Origin: an uncultured Chloroflexia bacterium
Lineage (GTDB): Bacteria > Chloroflexota > Limnocylindria > Limnocylindrales > CSP1-4
Length of the DNA: 64,000 bases
Assembly (NCBI GenBank): GCA_963749705.1
Contig: CAVVNQ010000003.1
Location: 320,001-384,000 of the forward strand
Reading direction: 5' to 3'
Under the pieces are notes generated by a model. That model was not told the DNA's origin. It ran no database searches and saw nothing but the letters and a program-made list of their open reading frames with translations. The position numbers and the translations under genes were made by a program. How positions within the stretch are numbered: position 1 is the first letter of the stretch; every line of letters starts with the position of its first letter. Of this stretch, positions 1 to 9,807 are shown piece after piece.

Positions 1-462
1 CATCAGCACCCAGCGCCGCAGGAGCTGCGGGAGGCGTGGCTCGGCGAGCACGGCGATCGCGAGGTTGGTCAGGGGCCCGAGCGTGACCAGGGTGACCTGC
101 CCGGGCCGCCGGCGCGCCTCGGCGACGATCAGATCCGGCGCGTACCGGTCCGACAGAGCCGCGGCGGGCTCGGGCAGCTGCGCGTAGCCGATGCCGTGCG
201 GGCCATGCGTGTCGGGAGCGATGTCCAGCGGCCGCAGCAGTGGCTGCTCGCGACCCAGCGCCACCTCGACGTCGCCGCGGCCGGCGAGCGCCAGCACCTG
301 GCGCGTGTTGCGCTCGACATCGCGCGCGGCGACGTTGCCCGACACGCAGGTCACCGCCACCAGCTCGGCGTCCCGGCTGGCGCAGGCGTACAGGATCGCG
401 AGCGAGTCGTCGATCCCGGTGTCGACGTCTAGGATCAGGGGTGTCCGGTCGCTGCTGGCCAC
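1..462 (-). CDS. Nucleoside hydrolase (IU-NH family), 3' end runs off the window
   Basis: Not in the ORF track. Manual translation from GTG at 462 gives MASSDRTPLILDVDTGIDDSLAILYA...VSGNV...HGPHGIG...VTLGPLTNLA (DxDxGxDD Ca-binding motif). TAGCAT -10 lies just upstream. Confidence 0.92.
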   Translation of the reverse strand, partial: MASSDRTPLILDVDTGIDDSLAILYACASRDAELVAVTCVSGNVAARDVERNTRQVLALAGRGDVEVALGREQPLLRPLDIAPDTHGPHGIGYAQLPEPAAALSDRYAPDLIVAEARRRPGQVTLVTLGPLTNLAIAVLAEPRLPQLLRRWVLM

Positions 463-549
463 GGAGCGATGCTACTCGCCGCACGCCTGGAGGGTCGCCC
501 GCGCCGCGCCGGGTTGACGCGGCCCACGTACTGGACTAGGGTCCGGTTC

Positions 550-1149
550 ATGACGCAGGAGGCAGCCCGCCCGCAACGCCGGCCGGAGCGCGCCGACGCC
601 TCACGCAACCGCACGATGCTGCTCGTGGCCGCCGCTCGGCTGTTCGCGCTCCACGGGGTGGCGGCGGTGTCCATGGACGACGTCGCGGCGGCCGCGGGCG
701 TGGGCAAGGGGACCCTGTACCGCCGGTTCGGCGACAAGTCGGGACTGGCCATGGCGGTCCTCGATGCCCGGGACCGGGCGCTCCGTGAGGCGATCGTCGC
801 GGGACCCCCGCCGCTCGGTCCGGGCGCCGGCCCGAAGACGCGTCTCCGCGCGTTCATCGGCGCGTATGCCGAGTACCTCGAGCGCAACCTGAACCTGCTC
901 ACGCTCGCGGAGACCGCGTCTCCCGGCGCCCGCTACCGGAGCGAGGCGTACGCGACGTGGGGCCGCCACGTGCAGGCACTGCTCGAGGCCGAGGGCACGC
1001 CCGAGCCCGATGTCACGGCGGAGCTCGTGCTGGCACTGCTGGACGCGGACCTCTACGCGTATCTGCGGATCGCGCGCGGCTGGCCGCCCGCGAAGATCGC
1101 GGACTCGATGGTCGGCGCCGCCGACGCGATGGCCCGCCGCCGCCGCTGA
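550..1149 (+). CDS. TetR/AcrR family transcriptional regulator
   Basis: N-terminal HTH (VSMDDVAAAAGVGKGTLYRRFGDK). ATG at 550 with TAGGGT 7 nt upstream; divergent from the nucleoside hydrolase. Confidence 0.92.
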   Translation: MTQEAARPQRRPERADASRNRTMLLVAAARLFALHGVAAVSMDDVAAAAGVGKGTLYRRFGDKSGLAMAVLDARDRALREAIVAGPPPLGPGAGPKTRLRAFIGAYAEYLERNLNLLTLAETASPGARYRSEAYATWGRHVQALLEAEGTPEPDVTAELVLALLDADLYAYLRIARGWPPAKIADSMVGAADAMARRRR

Positions 1150-1154
1150 ACTGG

Positions 1155-2003
1155 TCAGGGCGCCCTGGGGCTCACGAACCGGCAACGGTCGCGGACGGGG
1201 CACAGGTCGTGCTTCGGGTTCTGCGCGTGGCAGATCACGCGGCCGTGGTGGATCAGCAGCACGTGTGCCGGGTACATCTGGTCCGGCACCAGCAGGCCCA
1301 GGAACAGGTCGTGGGCCTGGTCGGCGGTCGCCTTGGCCGGGATCAGCCCGATCCGCTTCGACACCCGCTCCACGTGGCGGTCCACAGCCATCACGGGGGC
1401 GCCGAAGCAGAACGCGAGCACGATCGAGGCCGTCTTCTTGCCGATGCCATCGATCGCGGTGAGCCAGTCGCGCGCCTCGAGGACCGGCATCTCGCCCAGG
1501 AAGTCCAGCCGGTAGTCGCCGCGCTGCTCGCGGATGTGGCGCAGCGTGGCCTGGATCCGGGGCGCCTTCTGCGGCGCGAGGCCGCCGGGCCGGATGACGT
1601 CCACCAGCTCCGGCTGCGGTGCGTGCTCGACCAGCGACCAGTCGGGCGGGGCCGCCGTCGACAGGCCGTCGCCGCCCCAGCCGATCCCGGGACGGTGCTC
1701 CTCCGCGGGCCGATCGCTGGGGTAGCGCGCCCGGAGCGCCTCGAACGCCTTCTCCGCGTTCACGTCGGCGGTGTTCTGGGTCAGGATCGTGAGGATCAGC
1801 TCGCTCGTGGGGTCCAGCCGTGACACCCATTCCTGCGGGCCGTAGGTCTCAGTCAGGCGGTCGATCACGTAGTCGGCCAGCCCCGGTCGGTACCGGCGGA
1901 GATACGACGCCCACGCCTTGACCGGGTCCGTGCGCTTCCTCGGTCGCCGCCCCGTCGCGGTCGCACGACGCCCGGTCGCCGCGGCGGTGCTGCGCGGGCT
2001 CAC
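1155..2003 (-). CDS. nth: Endonuclease III / HhH-GPD DNA glycosylase
   Basis: ELILTILTQNT, HhH GIGKKTASIVL, VDRHVERV and a C-terminal Fe-S-type motif. The GTG start overlaps the glycerate kinase stop (GTGA). Confidence 0.85.
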   Translation of the reverse strand: MSPRSTAAATGRRATATGRRPRKRTDPVKAWASYLRRYRPGLADYVIDRLTETYGPQEWVSRLDPTSELILTILTQNTADVNAEKAFEALRARYPSDRPAEEHRPGIGWGGDGLSTAAPPDWSLVEHAPQPELVDVIRPGGLAPQKAPRIQATLRHIREQRGDYRLDFLGEMPVLEARDWLTAIDGIGKKTASIVLAFCFGAPVMAVDRHVERVSKRIGLIPAKATADQAHDLFLGLLVPDQMYPAHVLLIHHGRVICHAQNPKHDLCPVRDRCRFVSPRAP

Positions 2004-3163
2004 CGGACCCCGCCCGACGCATCGTGTTTGCGAAGGGCGACCATCCCGAGTGACACCAGCCTGGCGATCCGCTCGCCGCAGCGCTCGACCGGCGCCGATC
2101 CGGCGGCCATGGCCGTCTCGACGCTCTGCGGCGCCTCGACGACCGGGACGACGACCGCGCCCACGCTCGCCAGCGCCGCGATGCCGCCCGGGGTGACGCC
2201 GCCCCCGATGACGACGCACGGCGTGCCCGCCGCACGGGCGCGGCGCGACACGCCGAACGCGGTCTTGCCGTATGCGGTCTGCTCGTCGACGCGGCCCTCG
2301 CCGGTGATCACCAGATCGGCCGCCGCGAGCGCGTCGTCGAACCCGGCCTCCTCCATCACCAGGTCGACGCCCGGTTGGAGCTCGAGCGACGCAAACCGGT
2401 CCGTGAGGCACAGCAGCCCGAACCCCACGCCGCCCGCCGCGCCGGCGCCCGGCGTCTCGCGCTCGCGGCGGCCGGTCGCCGCCTCGAGCGCGTCGGCGAA
2501 CCGGGCGAGCCGCGCGTCGAGGACCCGGACCAGGTCGGGATCGGCGCCCTTCTGCGGCCCGTACGTCGCGGCGGCGCCAAGCGGCCCGAGCAGCGGGTTG
2601 GTGACGTCGCACGCGATCCGCAGGCGGGTCTCCGCGAGCCGCGGATCGAGTCCGGCAAGGTCGACGGTCGCCAGGTCATCGTCCACGCGGGCGCCCAGGG
2701 CACGCAGGATCCCCGCGCCGCCATCGCTGGTCGCGCTGCCGCCGATCCCCAGCGCGATGTCGCGGATCCCCGCGTCGAGCACGGCGCGGAGCAGGTCGCC
2801 GGTCCCCTGGCTCGTGGCGCGCGCCGCATCGCGTGCCTCCGGGGCGACCAGGGACAGGCCGGAGGCCGCGGCCATCTCGACGAACGCGACCGTGTCGCCG
2901 TCGCGGACGAGCCATCGGGCGCGGATCGGCCGGCCCAGCGGATCGATCGCGGCCGCCTCGCGCCACGCCCATCCCCCGGACGCGTCGATCGCGACCAGCG
3001 TGCCCTCGCCGCCATCCGCGAGCGGTGCCAGCCGGACGCCGTCATCCGGTCGAGCGCGCCGCCAGCCGCCGGCGACCGCGCTCGCGACCTCGACGCTCGT
3101 CAACGAGCCCTTGAACGAGTCGGGCGCGACGAGGATGTGGAGCGACCGGTCCGGTGACGTCAC
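2000..3163 (-). CDS. glxK: Glycerate kinase (GlxK/GarK family)
   Basis: Motifs APDSFKGSL, PLADGGEGT, GIGGSATSDGG, YGPQKGA, GAGAAGG and TGEGRVDEQT. Confidence 0.93.
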   Translation of the reverse strand: MTSPDRSLHILVAPDSFKGSLTSVEVASAVAGGWRRARPDDGVRLAPLADGGEGTLVAIDASGGWAWREAAAIDPLGRPIRARWLVRDGDTVAFVEMAAASGLSLVAPEARDAARATSQGTGDLLRAVLDAGIRDIALGIGGSATSDGGAGILRALGARVDDDLATVDLAGLDPRLAETRLRIACDVTNPLLGPLGAAATYGPQKGADPDLVRVLDARLARFADALEAATGRRERETPGAGAAGGVGFGLLCLTDRFASLELQPGVDLVMEEAGFDDALAAADLVITGEGRVDEQTAYGKTAFGVSRRARAAGTPCVVIGGGVTPGGIAALASVGAVVVPVVEAPQSVETAMAAGSAPVERCGERIARLVSLGMVALRKHDASGGVR

Positions 3164-3196
3164 CGGCCATCCGTGCGCGAACGCGGCGCGTCCATG

Positions 3197-5113
3197 TCAG
3201 GACCCGTTCTCACCGGCTGTCGGGTGCCGCTTGTCGAGGTACTCGGGGATCCGGATCATCGGCGGCCGCTCGTGATCGGCGAGCTCGATGACCTCCAGCG
3301 ACAGCCGTCCGCGGCCGGACCGCGGCAGCTTCATCGTCGAGCCGAGCTCCGCGAACAGCCGGGCGCGCCGCCGCTCCTCGAGCCGCTTCATGACGGCCTG
3401 GAGGATGACGAACGACATCCGCGACAGGCCCTCCAGCTCCTGGTTCCGGTGCACCCGGCGCTCGAGGTCGACCTGCCCCAGGCTCTCGATGCCGGCTCGC
3501 TCGGCGGCGTCGATCAGGTGGCCGATCTCGACCGCGTAGCCCGTGAAGAACGGCAGCTGCTCGAGCAGCGAGCGCCGGCCGGCGTACTCGCCGCTGAGGG
3601 GCTGGATCATGCCCGACAGCTCGGGGAAGAACAGGTTGATCAACGGCCGCGCGACGAGCTCGGTGACCCGGCCGCCGCCCCCTTCCTTGAGCACGCCACC
3701 CTCGACGATCGGGCGCTGGTAGTAGCCCTTCACGTACTGGAGGCGGGGCTCGACGAGCAGCGGTCCGAGGGTGCCGTAGACCATCCGGTGATGCCAGTTC
3801 CGGACGTCGGTGTCCGCCCACACGATGATGTCGCCCGAGGTCTCGTACAGCGACTTCCACAGCGCCTCGCCCTTGCCCCGGTACGAGCCGTACCGGCTCA
3901 GCACGTCGGGGTGCTGGACGACGCGCGCACCTTCGGCCTCCGCGATCGCGCGGGTGTCGTCGGTGGACGCGGAGTCGATGACGAGCAGCTCGTCCACGAG
4001 CCTGAACCGCTCGTGCATCTCGCGGATGGCGCGGCGCACGATCGGCCCGATCGTGTCGGCCTCGTTGAGCGTCGGCAGCACGAGGCTGACGGTCACGCCG
4101 AGCTTGTCCTTGAGCGCGGTCATGCGTGCCAGGTCGGCGAACTCCGAGTGGTGGAAGTTCGCCTCGGCGAACCACCGCTCGACCCGGGCCGGGATGGCCT
4201 GCGACTCCTCGGCCGCGCGATCCGCGGCGGCCAGCGTCTCCGCGCGCTGGGCAAGCTGCTCGAACGTCTGGCGGCCGATCGGCTCGCGGGTCTTGACGAC
4301 GATCACGGTCGGCTTGGCACGCTGGGCGATCGCCTCCGGCAGCGCGCCGAACAGCGAGCTCCCCGCGTCGCCGGGCGGCGCCGAGGCGCCCATCACCACG
4401 AGATCGGCACGCTCGGCCTCGCGAAGGATCGCGGTCCGGACGTTCTGCGTCTCGCGCAGGATCGGCTCCGAGCGGGCCGTCAGGTGCTGGCGCACGAACG
4501 ACGCAAGCGCATGCTCCGCCTGGGCGCGGACCGCCTCGGTGACGCCCGCGGGCACGACATGCATCACCACGACGGTGGCGTCCAGCCGATGGGCGAGGGC
4601 GTTGGCAAACCGCAGCGCGAGCTCCGCGTGCGGACCGCCGCGAACGGGGACCAGGATCCGCTGGATGTCGCGCGCGCCGCGCTGCTTGACGACGGCGATG
4701 TCGCACGGCGATTCGCGCACGACCTCGTCGATCGTGGGCGAGATGACGGACGCCCCCGGATCGCGCCGCGGCCCGGACTTGCCGCCCCAGCCGAAGATCA
4801 GCAGGTCCGCCTCCTGCTCGGCGGCCGCTTCGACGATCCCGGCCGCCGCGTGCCGGCCGATCCGGACCAGGGGGTGGATCGTGGTGCCCTCGGGGACGTA
4901 GTCGAGCACCTTCTGGAGCAGCCGCCGCGCCTGGCGGGCCCGGGTCGCGCCCTCGCTCAGCGGCATGCCCTCGGGCACCTCGACGATCCCCAGCGCGGCC
5001 AGCTCGCCGGTTCGCGGATCCAGCAGGGTGGCCCCGATCCGGATCAGCTCCTCCGCGGTCAGCGGGTTCGCGACCGGGATCAGGATGCGTGACGGCAGCG
5101 GCTCGCCGCTCAT
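3197..5113 (-). CDS. gpgS: Fusion of two universal-stress-protein domains and glucosyl-3-phosphoglycerate synthase (GT81/GpgS-like)
   Basis: USP domains (RILIPVANP...ADLLIFGW...SPCDIAVVK; RILVPVRGGPH...ADLVVMGAS), then LPTLNEADT, GKGEALW, DTD, GGRVTEL, QPLSGEYAGRR, GYAVEIG and HRNQ. ATGA overlap with the upstream gene. Confidence 0.88.
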   Translation of the reverse strand: MSGEPLPSRILIPVANPLTAEELIRIGATLLDPRTGELAALGIVEVPEGMPLSEGATRARQARRLLQKVLDYVPEGTTIHPLVRIGRHAAAGIVEAAAEQEADLLIFGWGGKSGPRRDPGASVISPTIDEVVRESPCDIAVVKQRGARDIQRILVPVRGGPHAELALRFANALAHRLDATVVVMHVVPAGVTEAVRAQAEHALASFVRQHLTARSEPILRETQNVRTAILREAERADLVVMGASAPPGDAGSSLFGALPEAIAQRAKPTVIVVKTREPIGRQTFEQLAQRAETLAAADRAAEESQAIPARVERWFAEANFHHSEFADLARMTALKDKLGVTVSLVLPTLNEADTIGPIVRRAIREMHERFRLVDELLVIDSASTDDTRAIAEAEGARVVQHPDVLSRYGSYRGKGEALWKSLYETSGDIIVWADTDVRNWHHRMVYGTLGPLLVEPRLQYVKGYYQRPIVEGGVLKEGGGGRVTELVARPLINLFFPELSGMIQPLSGEYAGRRSLLEQLPFFTGYAVEIGHLIDAAERAGIESLGQVDLERRVHRNQELEGLSRMSFVILQAVMKRLEERRRARLFAELGSTMKLPRSGRGRLSLEVIELADHERPPMIRIPEYLDKRHPTAGENGS

Positions 5114-6564
5114 CGCGCGGTGCTCGCGGGTGAGTCGGCGCCGGGATCCGGCTCCCGTCCCGCAGTCCCGCCGGACTCGCCGGCATCGGGCTCGTCCGAC
5201 ACGGCCAGCCAGCGCTCGACGAGGTACGGCTTGAGCAGCTCGAACTCGCGCGCCTGCCGCTCGACGCCCTCCTCGGCGTCGGCCGTCGTGAGGTGGCGGT
5301 TCTCGATGATGAAGCTGCCGACGCGCCCGAAGTAGATCGGGACGAGCGCCGCGACCAGCCGGGCGGTGCCCACGGAGCCCTGGCGGGTCGCGATCACGAG
5401 GTCGTAGATCACCCGGGCCCACAGGTCGTCCGGGAAATGGAAGCCCGCCAGCGCCTCGGCCATCTCGAGCGTGGTCGGGTGGGCGCTGTCGGTCTCGCCG
5501 CCGACGCCAAGCCGCAGCTGCGCCGCGTCCGCGAGGCGTCCGGCCTCCGCGGCCAGCGTGAGCACCATGTCCAGGTTGGCCGGGTCGAGCATCGTCCGCC
5601 AGGTGTCGACCATGCCGAGCGACCCCGCGTGGAACTCGGACAGCAGCCGGATCGAGTTCACCTCGAGCGGCGGCGGGTCGATGATCCGCTCGAAGCCATA
5701 TGCCGGAACGTCATGGCTGCCGCGGATCCCGAGCCACGAACCCGGATGCTGGACCGCCAGGCTCAGGATCGTGCCCACGACCTGCCGGAACATCGGGCCG
5801 AGGTCGGCGCCCGGATCCTTGGGATCGTGGATCTTGGCACCCAGCCGCGTCTGGCATACCGCGTACCCGCCCGACACGGCCGACGTGGTCATCCAGATGT
5901 CGATGCCGAACTTGCTGATGTCCTCGGTCCAGTCGTCGAGCTCGAGGTAGTGGCGGACGAGGTCGCCGCTGACCCCGAAGTCGCCACCGATCGGCTGGCG
6001 GATCCGGTGGCCGTAGAGCGCCCGCGTCAGGGGATAGGTGACGGTGTTGGTGATCGTCCCGTCGTACTTGTAGCGCGAGTACAGCGGGGCGACGAAGTCG
6101 TAGCCGCCCTTGAGGATCGGACCCGCCAGCAGCTCGATCCACTCGGGGACGATGCTGCGCAGGTCGCTGTCGACGACGACCAGGGCCTGGACCTCGAGCG
6201 CCGCCGCGATCTCGAAGATCGTGCGCAGCGCCGCGCCCTTGCCGCCGATGCCGTCGATCTCCGGGTAGGTCAGCGTCACCCGGTCGAGGCGGTTGGTCGG
6301 CCGCACCAGGAGGATCGATTCCACGTAGTCCGGCGGCTCGGTGTCCACGACGACGCGCTGGGTGCCGTCCGGGCTGCCGGCATCCGAGTTCACGAGCACC
6401 GGCTTGAGGTCGGGGAAGTACTGGACCAGCCCGGCGTGGGCCGCCCGCACGACATAGCCGATCGTCGCGGCGTTCTTGAAGCTCGGGATGCCGACCATGA
6501 TGTCGGCGCGGCCGAGCCGGGCGATCTCTTCGCGGATCGCGGGCGTCAGGGTCGTCGCGGGCAC
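5110..6564 (-). CDS. Glucosylglycerate/mannosylglycerate synthase-like GT-A glycosyltransferase (Ggs-like)
   Basis: Motifs VGIPSFKN, GKGAAL, DSDLRSI, PLYSRYKYDGTITN, RQPIGGDFG, FGIDIWMT, KIHDPKDP and LGPMFRQV. Confidence 0.8.
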   Translation of the reverse strand: MPATTLTPAIREEIARLGRADIMVGIPSFKNAATIGYVVRAAHAGLVQYFPDLKPVLVNSDAGSPDGTQRVVVDTEPPDYVESILLVRPTNRLDRVTLTYPEIDGIGGKGAALRTIFEIAAALEVQALVVVDSDLRSIVPEWIELLAGPILKGGYDFVAPLYSRYKYDGTITNTVTYPLTRALYGHRIRQPIGGDFGVSGDLVRHYLELDDWTEDISKFGIDIWMTTSAVSGGYAVCQTRLGAKIHDPKDPGADLGPMFRQVVGTILSLAVQHPGSWLGIRGSHDVPAYGFERIIDPPPLEVNSIRLLSEFHAGSLGMVDTWRTMLDPANLDMVLTLAAEAGRLADAAQLRLGVGGETDSAHPTTLEMAEALAGFHFPDDLWARVIYDLVIATRQGSVGTARLVAALVPIYFGRVGSFIIENRHLTTADAEEGVERQAREFELLKPYLVERWLAVSDEPDAGESGGTAGREPDPGADSPASTAR

Positions 6565-6684
6565 GGGCTCACCCTACCACCGGGCGGAACCGGCCGGCAC
6601 GAACGAACGCGATCCGGGGCATGGCCACGGACTATGATCCTGCCCACCCTGCGACCGTCACCCGAGCCAACCCTCGAGGCGCCC

Positions 6685-8094
6685 ATGTCGGCCCCATCCG
6701 TCCCCGCGGCCGTGCCCACGGCTGCCAGCGCGCGTGACCCGAACCTGCGTCCCGCCGCGCAGGCGTCGTGGGTGCTGTACGACTTCGCGAACACCATCTT
6801 CTCGTTCGCGATCGTGTCCGGCGCGATCGGCCTGTGGCTGACCGACGACGCCCGCTTCGGCGCGGCGACGGGCCAGCTCGTCCTGAGCGTTGCGATCGCG
6901 GTCAGCGTCGGGTTCAACGCGATCGTGTCGCCGGTCCTGGGCGCGCTGTCCGACCGGGGTGGCCGCCGGCTGCCGTTCCTGCTCGCGTTCACTGCCATGT
7001 GCATCGGGCCGACGGCGATCATCGGGCTGAGCGGCCCGCTGGTGGGCGTGCTGCTGTTCGTGCTGGCCAACTTCGGCTACCAGGCCGCGCTCATCTACTA
7101 CGACGCGTCGATCAAGCTGGTGAGCACGCCCCGGACGCGCGGGCGGCTGAGCGGCATCGGCACCGGCGTCGGGTACTGCGGCACGGTCTTCGTCGGTCTC
7201 GCGATCTTCCTGTTCGACGTGCCGGTCGAGGCCCGCTTCCCGCTCTCGGCGGTGCTGTTCGCCCTGTTCGCGATCCCGGTGTTCGTGGTCGTCCGCGAGC
7301 ACCGCGACCCGTCGGTCCCGCGGCTGACGGTCGCCGACGTGCTCGCCTCGTGGCGCCAGCTCGAGACGACGATCGCCCACGCCCGGGACGTGCCGGGGCT
7401 GCCGCGGTTCCTGGTCGGGCGGTTCTTCTACTCGGATGCCGTCAACACCGTGATCGTGGTCATGACCGTCGTGTCGGTCGAGGCCGTCGGTCTGACGGCC
7501 GGGCAGGCGAACCTGATCCTGCTGTCGCTGACGCTGGTCGCGATCGTGATGTCGTTCGTGTGGGGGTGGCTGAGCGACCGAGCCGGTCCCAGGAAGACGC
7601 TGATCACCGTGCTCCTGAGCTGGGCCGTGGGTCTCGTGCTGGGGGCAGTGTCACTGTCGCTCAATGGCACGGATCCGCTCACCGGGGGACCCACCCCGTC
7701 GACGGCCGGTCTCGCGCTGTTCCTGGTCGCGGGGGCGATCCTCGGCTCCGGGCTGGGCGGCGTGCAGGTCGCGGACCGGGTGTTCATGGTCCGGCTGTCG
7801 CCCCCCAACCGGGTGGGCGAGTTCTTCGGCGTCTACGGGCTGGTCGGCAAGGCCTCGCAGGTCATCGGGCAGCTCCTGTACGGCGCGATCGTGTTCCTGC
7901 TGCTCGAGTCGATCGGGGTTGCCGCCTACCAGGTCGCGATCCTGAGCCTGATCGTGACCATGCTCATCGGCCTGTGGCTGGTGTGGCCCGTGAGCGACCG
8001 GTGGATCGGCTCGGGCGAGGTCTCGTCCGACGGCGCCGATGCGCCACCGCCGCGCCTCGCGCCGGACCGCGCGCCGCTCGAGGACCGCCGCTGA
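6685..8094 (+). CDS. MFS transporter (UMF1/Atg22-like)
   Basis: SWVLYDFANT, LGALSDRGGRR and GEFFGVYGL motifs; about 12 hydrophobic segments. Confidence 0.88.
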   Translation: MSAPSVPAAVPTAASARDPNLRPAAQASWVLYDFANTIFSFAIVSGAIGLWLTDDARFGAATGQLVLSVAIAVSVGFNAIVSPVLGALSDRGGRRLPFLLAFTAMCIGPTAIIGLSGPLVGVLLFVLANFGYQAALIYYDASIKLVSTPRTRGRLSGIGTGVGYCGTVFVGLAIFLFDVPVEARFPLSAVLFALFAIPVFVVVREHRDPSVPRLTVADVLASWRQLETTIAHARDVPGLPRFLVGRFFYSDAVNTVIVVMTVVSVEAVGLTAGQANLILLSLTLVAIVMSFVWGWLSDRAGPRKTLITVLLSWAVGLVLGAVSLSLNGTDPLTGGPTPSTAGLALFLVAGAILGSGLGGVQVADRVFMVRLSPPNRVGEFFGVYGLVGKASQVIGQLLYGAIVFLLLESIGVAAYQVAILSLIVTMLIGLWLVWPVSDRWIGSGEVSSDGADAPPPRLAPDRAPLEDRR

Positions 8095-8122
8095 CGATCG
8101 GCGCGGCGAATCCGGGCGGGGA

Positions 8123-9133
8123 TCAGTCCCCGTAGCCCGCCGGGTGCGCCCGCCGCCACGCCCACGCTGACCCGATCATCTCCTCGAGGGTCGACCGTGC
8201 CGGCGCCCAGCCGAGCTCCCGCCGCGCCCGCTCGCTCGAGGCGACCAGGGCTGGCGGATCCCCCGGGCGCCTGGGCCCGATCGTGTGCGGGATGGCGGCG
8301 CGAACGACGGCCTCTGCCGCCCGTATCACCTCGAGCACGGAGAACCCGGTCGACGTGCCGAGGTTCGCGATCAGCGGCGCGCATGGACCGGACCCGGGTC
8401 CGGTCCTCGAGTCCGCGGGCGACGTGGCTTCGAGGGCGGCGAGGTGCGCGTCCGCCAGGTCCGCGACGTGGATGTAGTCGCGGATCGGCGTCCCGTCGGG
8501 CGTGGGGTAGTCGTCCCCGTACAGCGTGAGCCGTGGCCCACCCGCCGCGGCCCGGAGCAGGTTCGGGATCAGGTGCGTCTCCGGCCGGTGGACCTCGCCC
8601 AGTCGCTCGGTTGCGCCGGCGACGTTGAAGTAGCGAAGGATCACGCTGCGCACGCCGTACGCCTGCCCGTACCAGTGCAGCGCCCCCTCGAACGTCCGCT
8701 TGGTCTCGCCGTACGTGTTGATCGGGCGGAGCGGCGCATCCTCGAGGATGGGCGTCGCATCGGGGATGCCGTAGACCGCGGCGGTCGACGAGAACACGAT
8801 CCGGCGTACCCCGACGGCACGGGCGGCCTCGAGCAGCGCGACGCCGCCGGCCACGTTGTCGCGGTAGTACTTCGCGGGATCCGCGACGCTCTCGCCGACC
8901 AGGGAGCGCGCCGCGCAGTGGAGGATGGCATCGATGCCCTCCGACTCCAGCAGCGTCCGCATGGCGGCTTCGTCGGCGTAGGAACCGACGACGGTCCGGG
9001 CGTCGGGGTGAACGCTGGCCGCGTGGCCGGTGGTCAGGTCGTCGAGGACGACGACGCCATGACCCGCGGCGATGATCGTGTCGACGGACACGCCGCCGAC
9101 GTAGCCCGCACCACCGGTGACCAGGACCTTCAT
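8123..9133 (-). CDS. galE: UDP-glucose 4-epimerase
   Basis: MKVLVTGGAGYVG, FSSTAAVYG, YGETK, LRYFNVAGA and RDYIHV motifs. Confidence 0.93.
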   Translation of the reverse strand: MKVLVTGGAGYVGGVSVDTIIAAGHGVVVLDDLTTGHAASVHPDARTVVGSYADEAAMRTLLESEGIDAILHCAARSLVGESVADPAKYYRDNVAGGVALLEAARAVGVRRIVFSSTAAVYGIPDATPILEDAPLRPINTYGETKRTFEGALHWYGQAYGVRSVILRYFNVAGATERLGEVHRPETHLIPNLLRAAAGGPRLTLYGDDYPTPDGTPIRDYIHVADLADAHLAALEATSPADSRTGPGSGPCAPLIANLGTSTGFSVLEVIRAAEAVVRAAIPHTIGPRRPGDPPALVASSERARRELGWAPARSTLEEMIGSAWAWRRAHPAGYGD

Positions 9134-9807
9134 GTGCGATTCCTCCGAAGGAGCCGGTCGAGCAGGGAGCGACGGCGCGCGGGCGGCGGTGGCTCGATCT
9201 CGGGCTCGGTCACGGCCCACGGTCGGAGCGTGCCGAGCGGCTCGACGACGCGGGGCTCGGGCGCATGCGCTGGCTCGGGCTTGGACGGCGACGCAGGTTC
9301 GGGCGGCGGCTCCGGTTCGGGCTCAGGAGCCGGGCGAGCCGGGGGTTCGGGTTCATTCTCACGCACGGGCTCAGCCTCACGCACGGGCTCAGGCTCTGGC
9401 GCGGGTTGGGGAGCCGGCATGGGTTGGGGAGCCGGCACGGGCTCGGATACAGGCTGGCGCGCGGGCGCGGGTTGCGGCGGGGCGGACCTGGCGGGAGCCG
9501 GCGTGCTGGCGGGCACACCGGCAAGGTTGACGACGGATCCTCCCGGGCTGCCGCGGTAGGGAGTGAGCTCCTCGAGCCGGCGCACGAGCCGGTTCGCGGC
9601 GACGTTCTCGGGATCGATCTGCAGCGCCTGCCGGGCACGCCGGTAGGCCTCCGCGTCGTCCGAATGCTCGAGCGCGACGCGGGCGAGCCCGACGACGGCG
9701 ATCGAGTTGCGCGGGTCGGCGGCGATCGCCTGGCGGTACAGCCGCTCCGCCTGGTCCACGAGGCCAAGGGCCAGCGCCCGCTCGGCCTGCAGCAGCAGCT
9801 CGATCAT
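9130..9807 (-). CDS. TPR protein with a Pro/Glu-rich low-complexity tail
   Basis: Two TPR-like repeats (AERLYRQAIAADPRN; ARQALQIDPEN), then PEP/PAP repeats. Stop/start overlaps on both sides. Confidence 0.75.
   Translation of the reverse strand: MIELLLQAERALALGLVDQAERLYRQAIAADPRNSIAVVGLARVALEHSDDAEAYRRARQALQIDPENVAANRLVRRLEELTPYRGSPGGSVVNLAGVPASTPAPARSAPPQPAPARQPVSEPVPAPQPMPAPQPAPEPEPVREAEPVRENEPEPPARPAPEPEPEPPPEPASPSKPEPAHAPEPRVVEPLGTLRPWAVTEPEIEPPPPARRRSLLDRLLRRNRT

Noticed and set aside
9290-9450. Short DNA repeats inside the TPR gene
   Set aside because: Explained by Pro/Glu-rich coding repeats (PAPQP, EPVRE).
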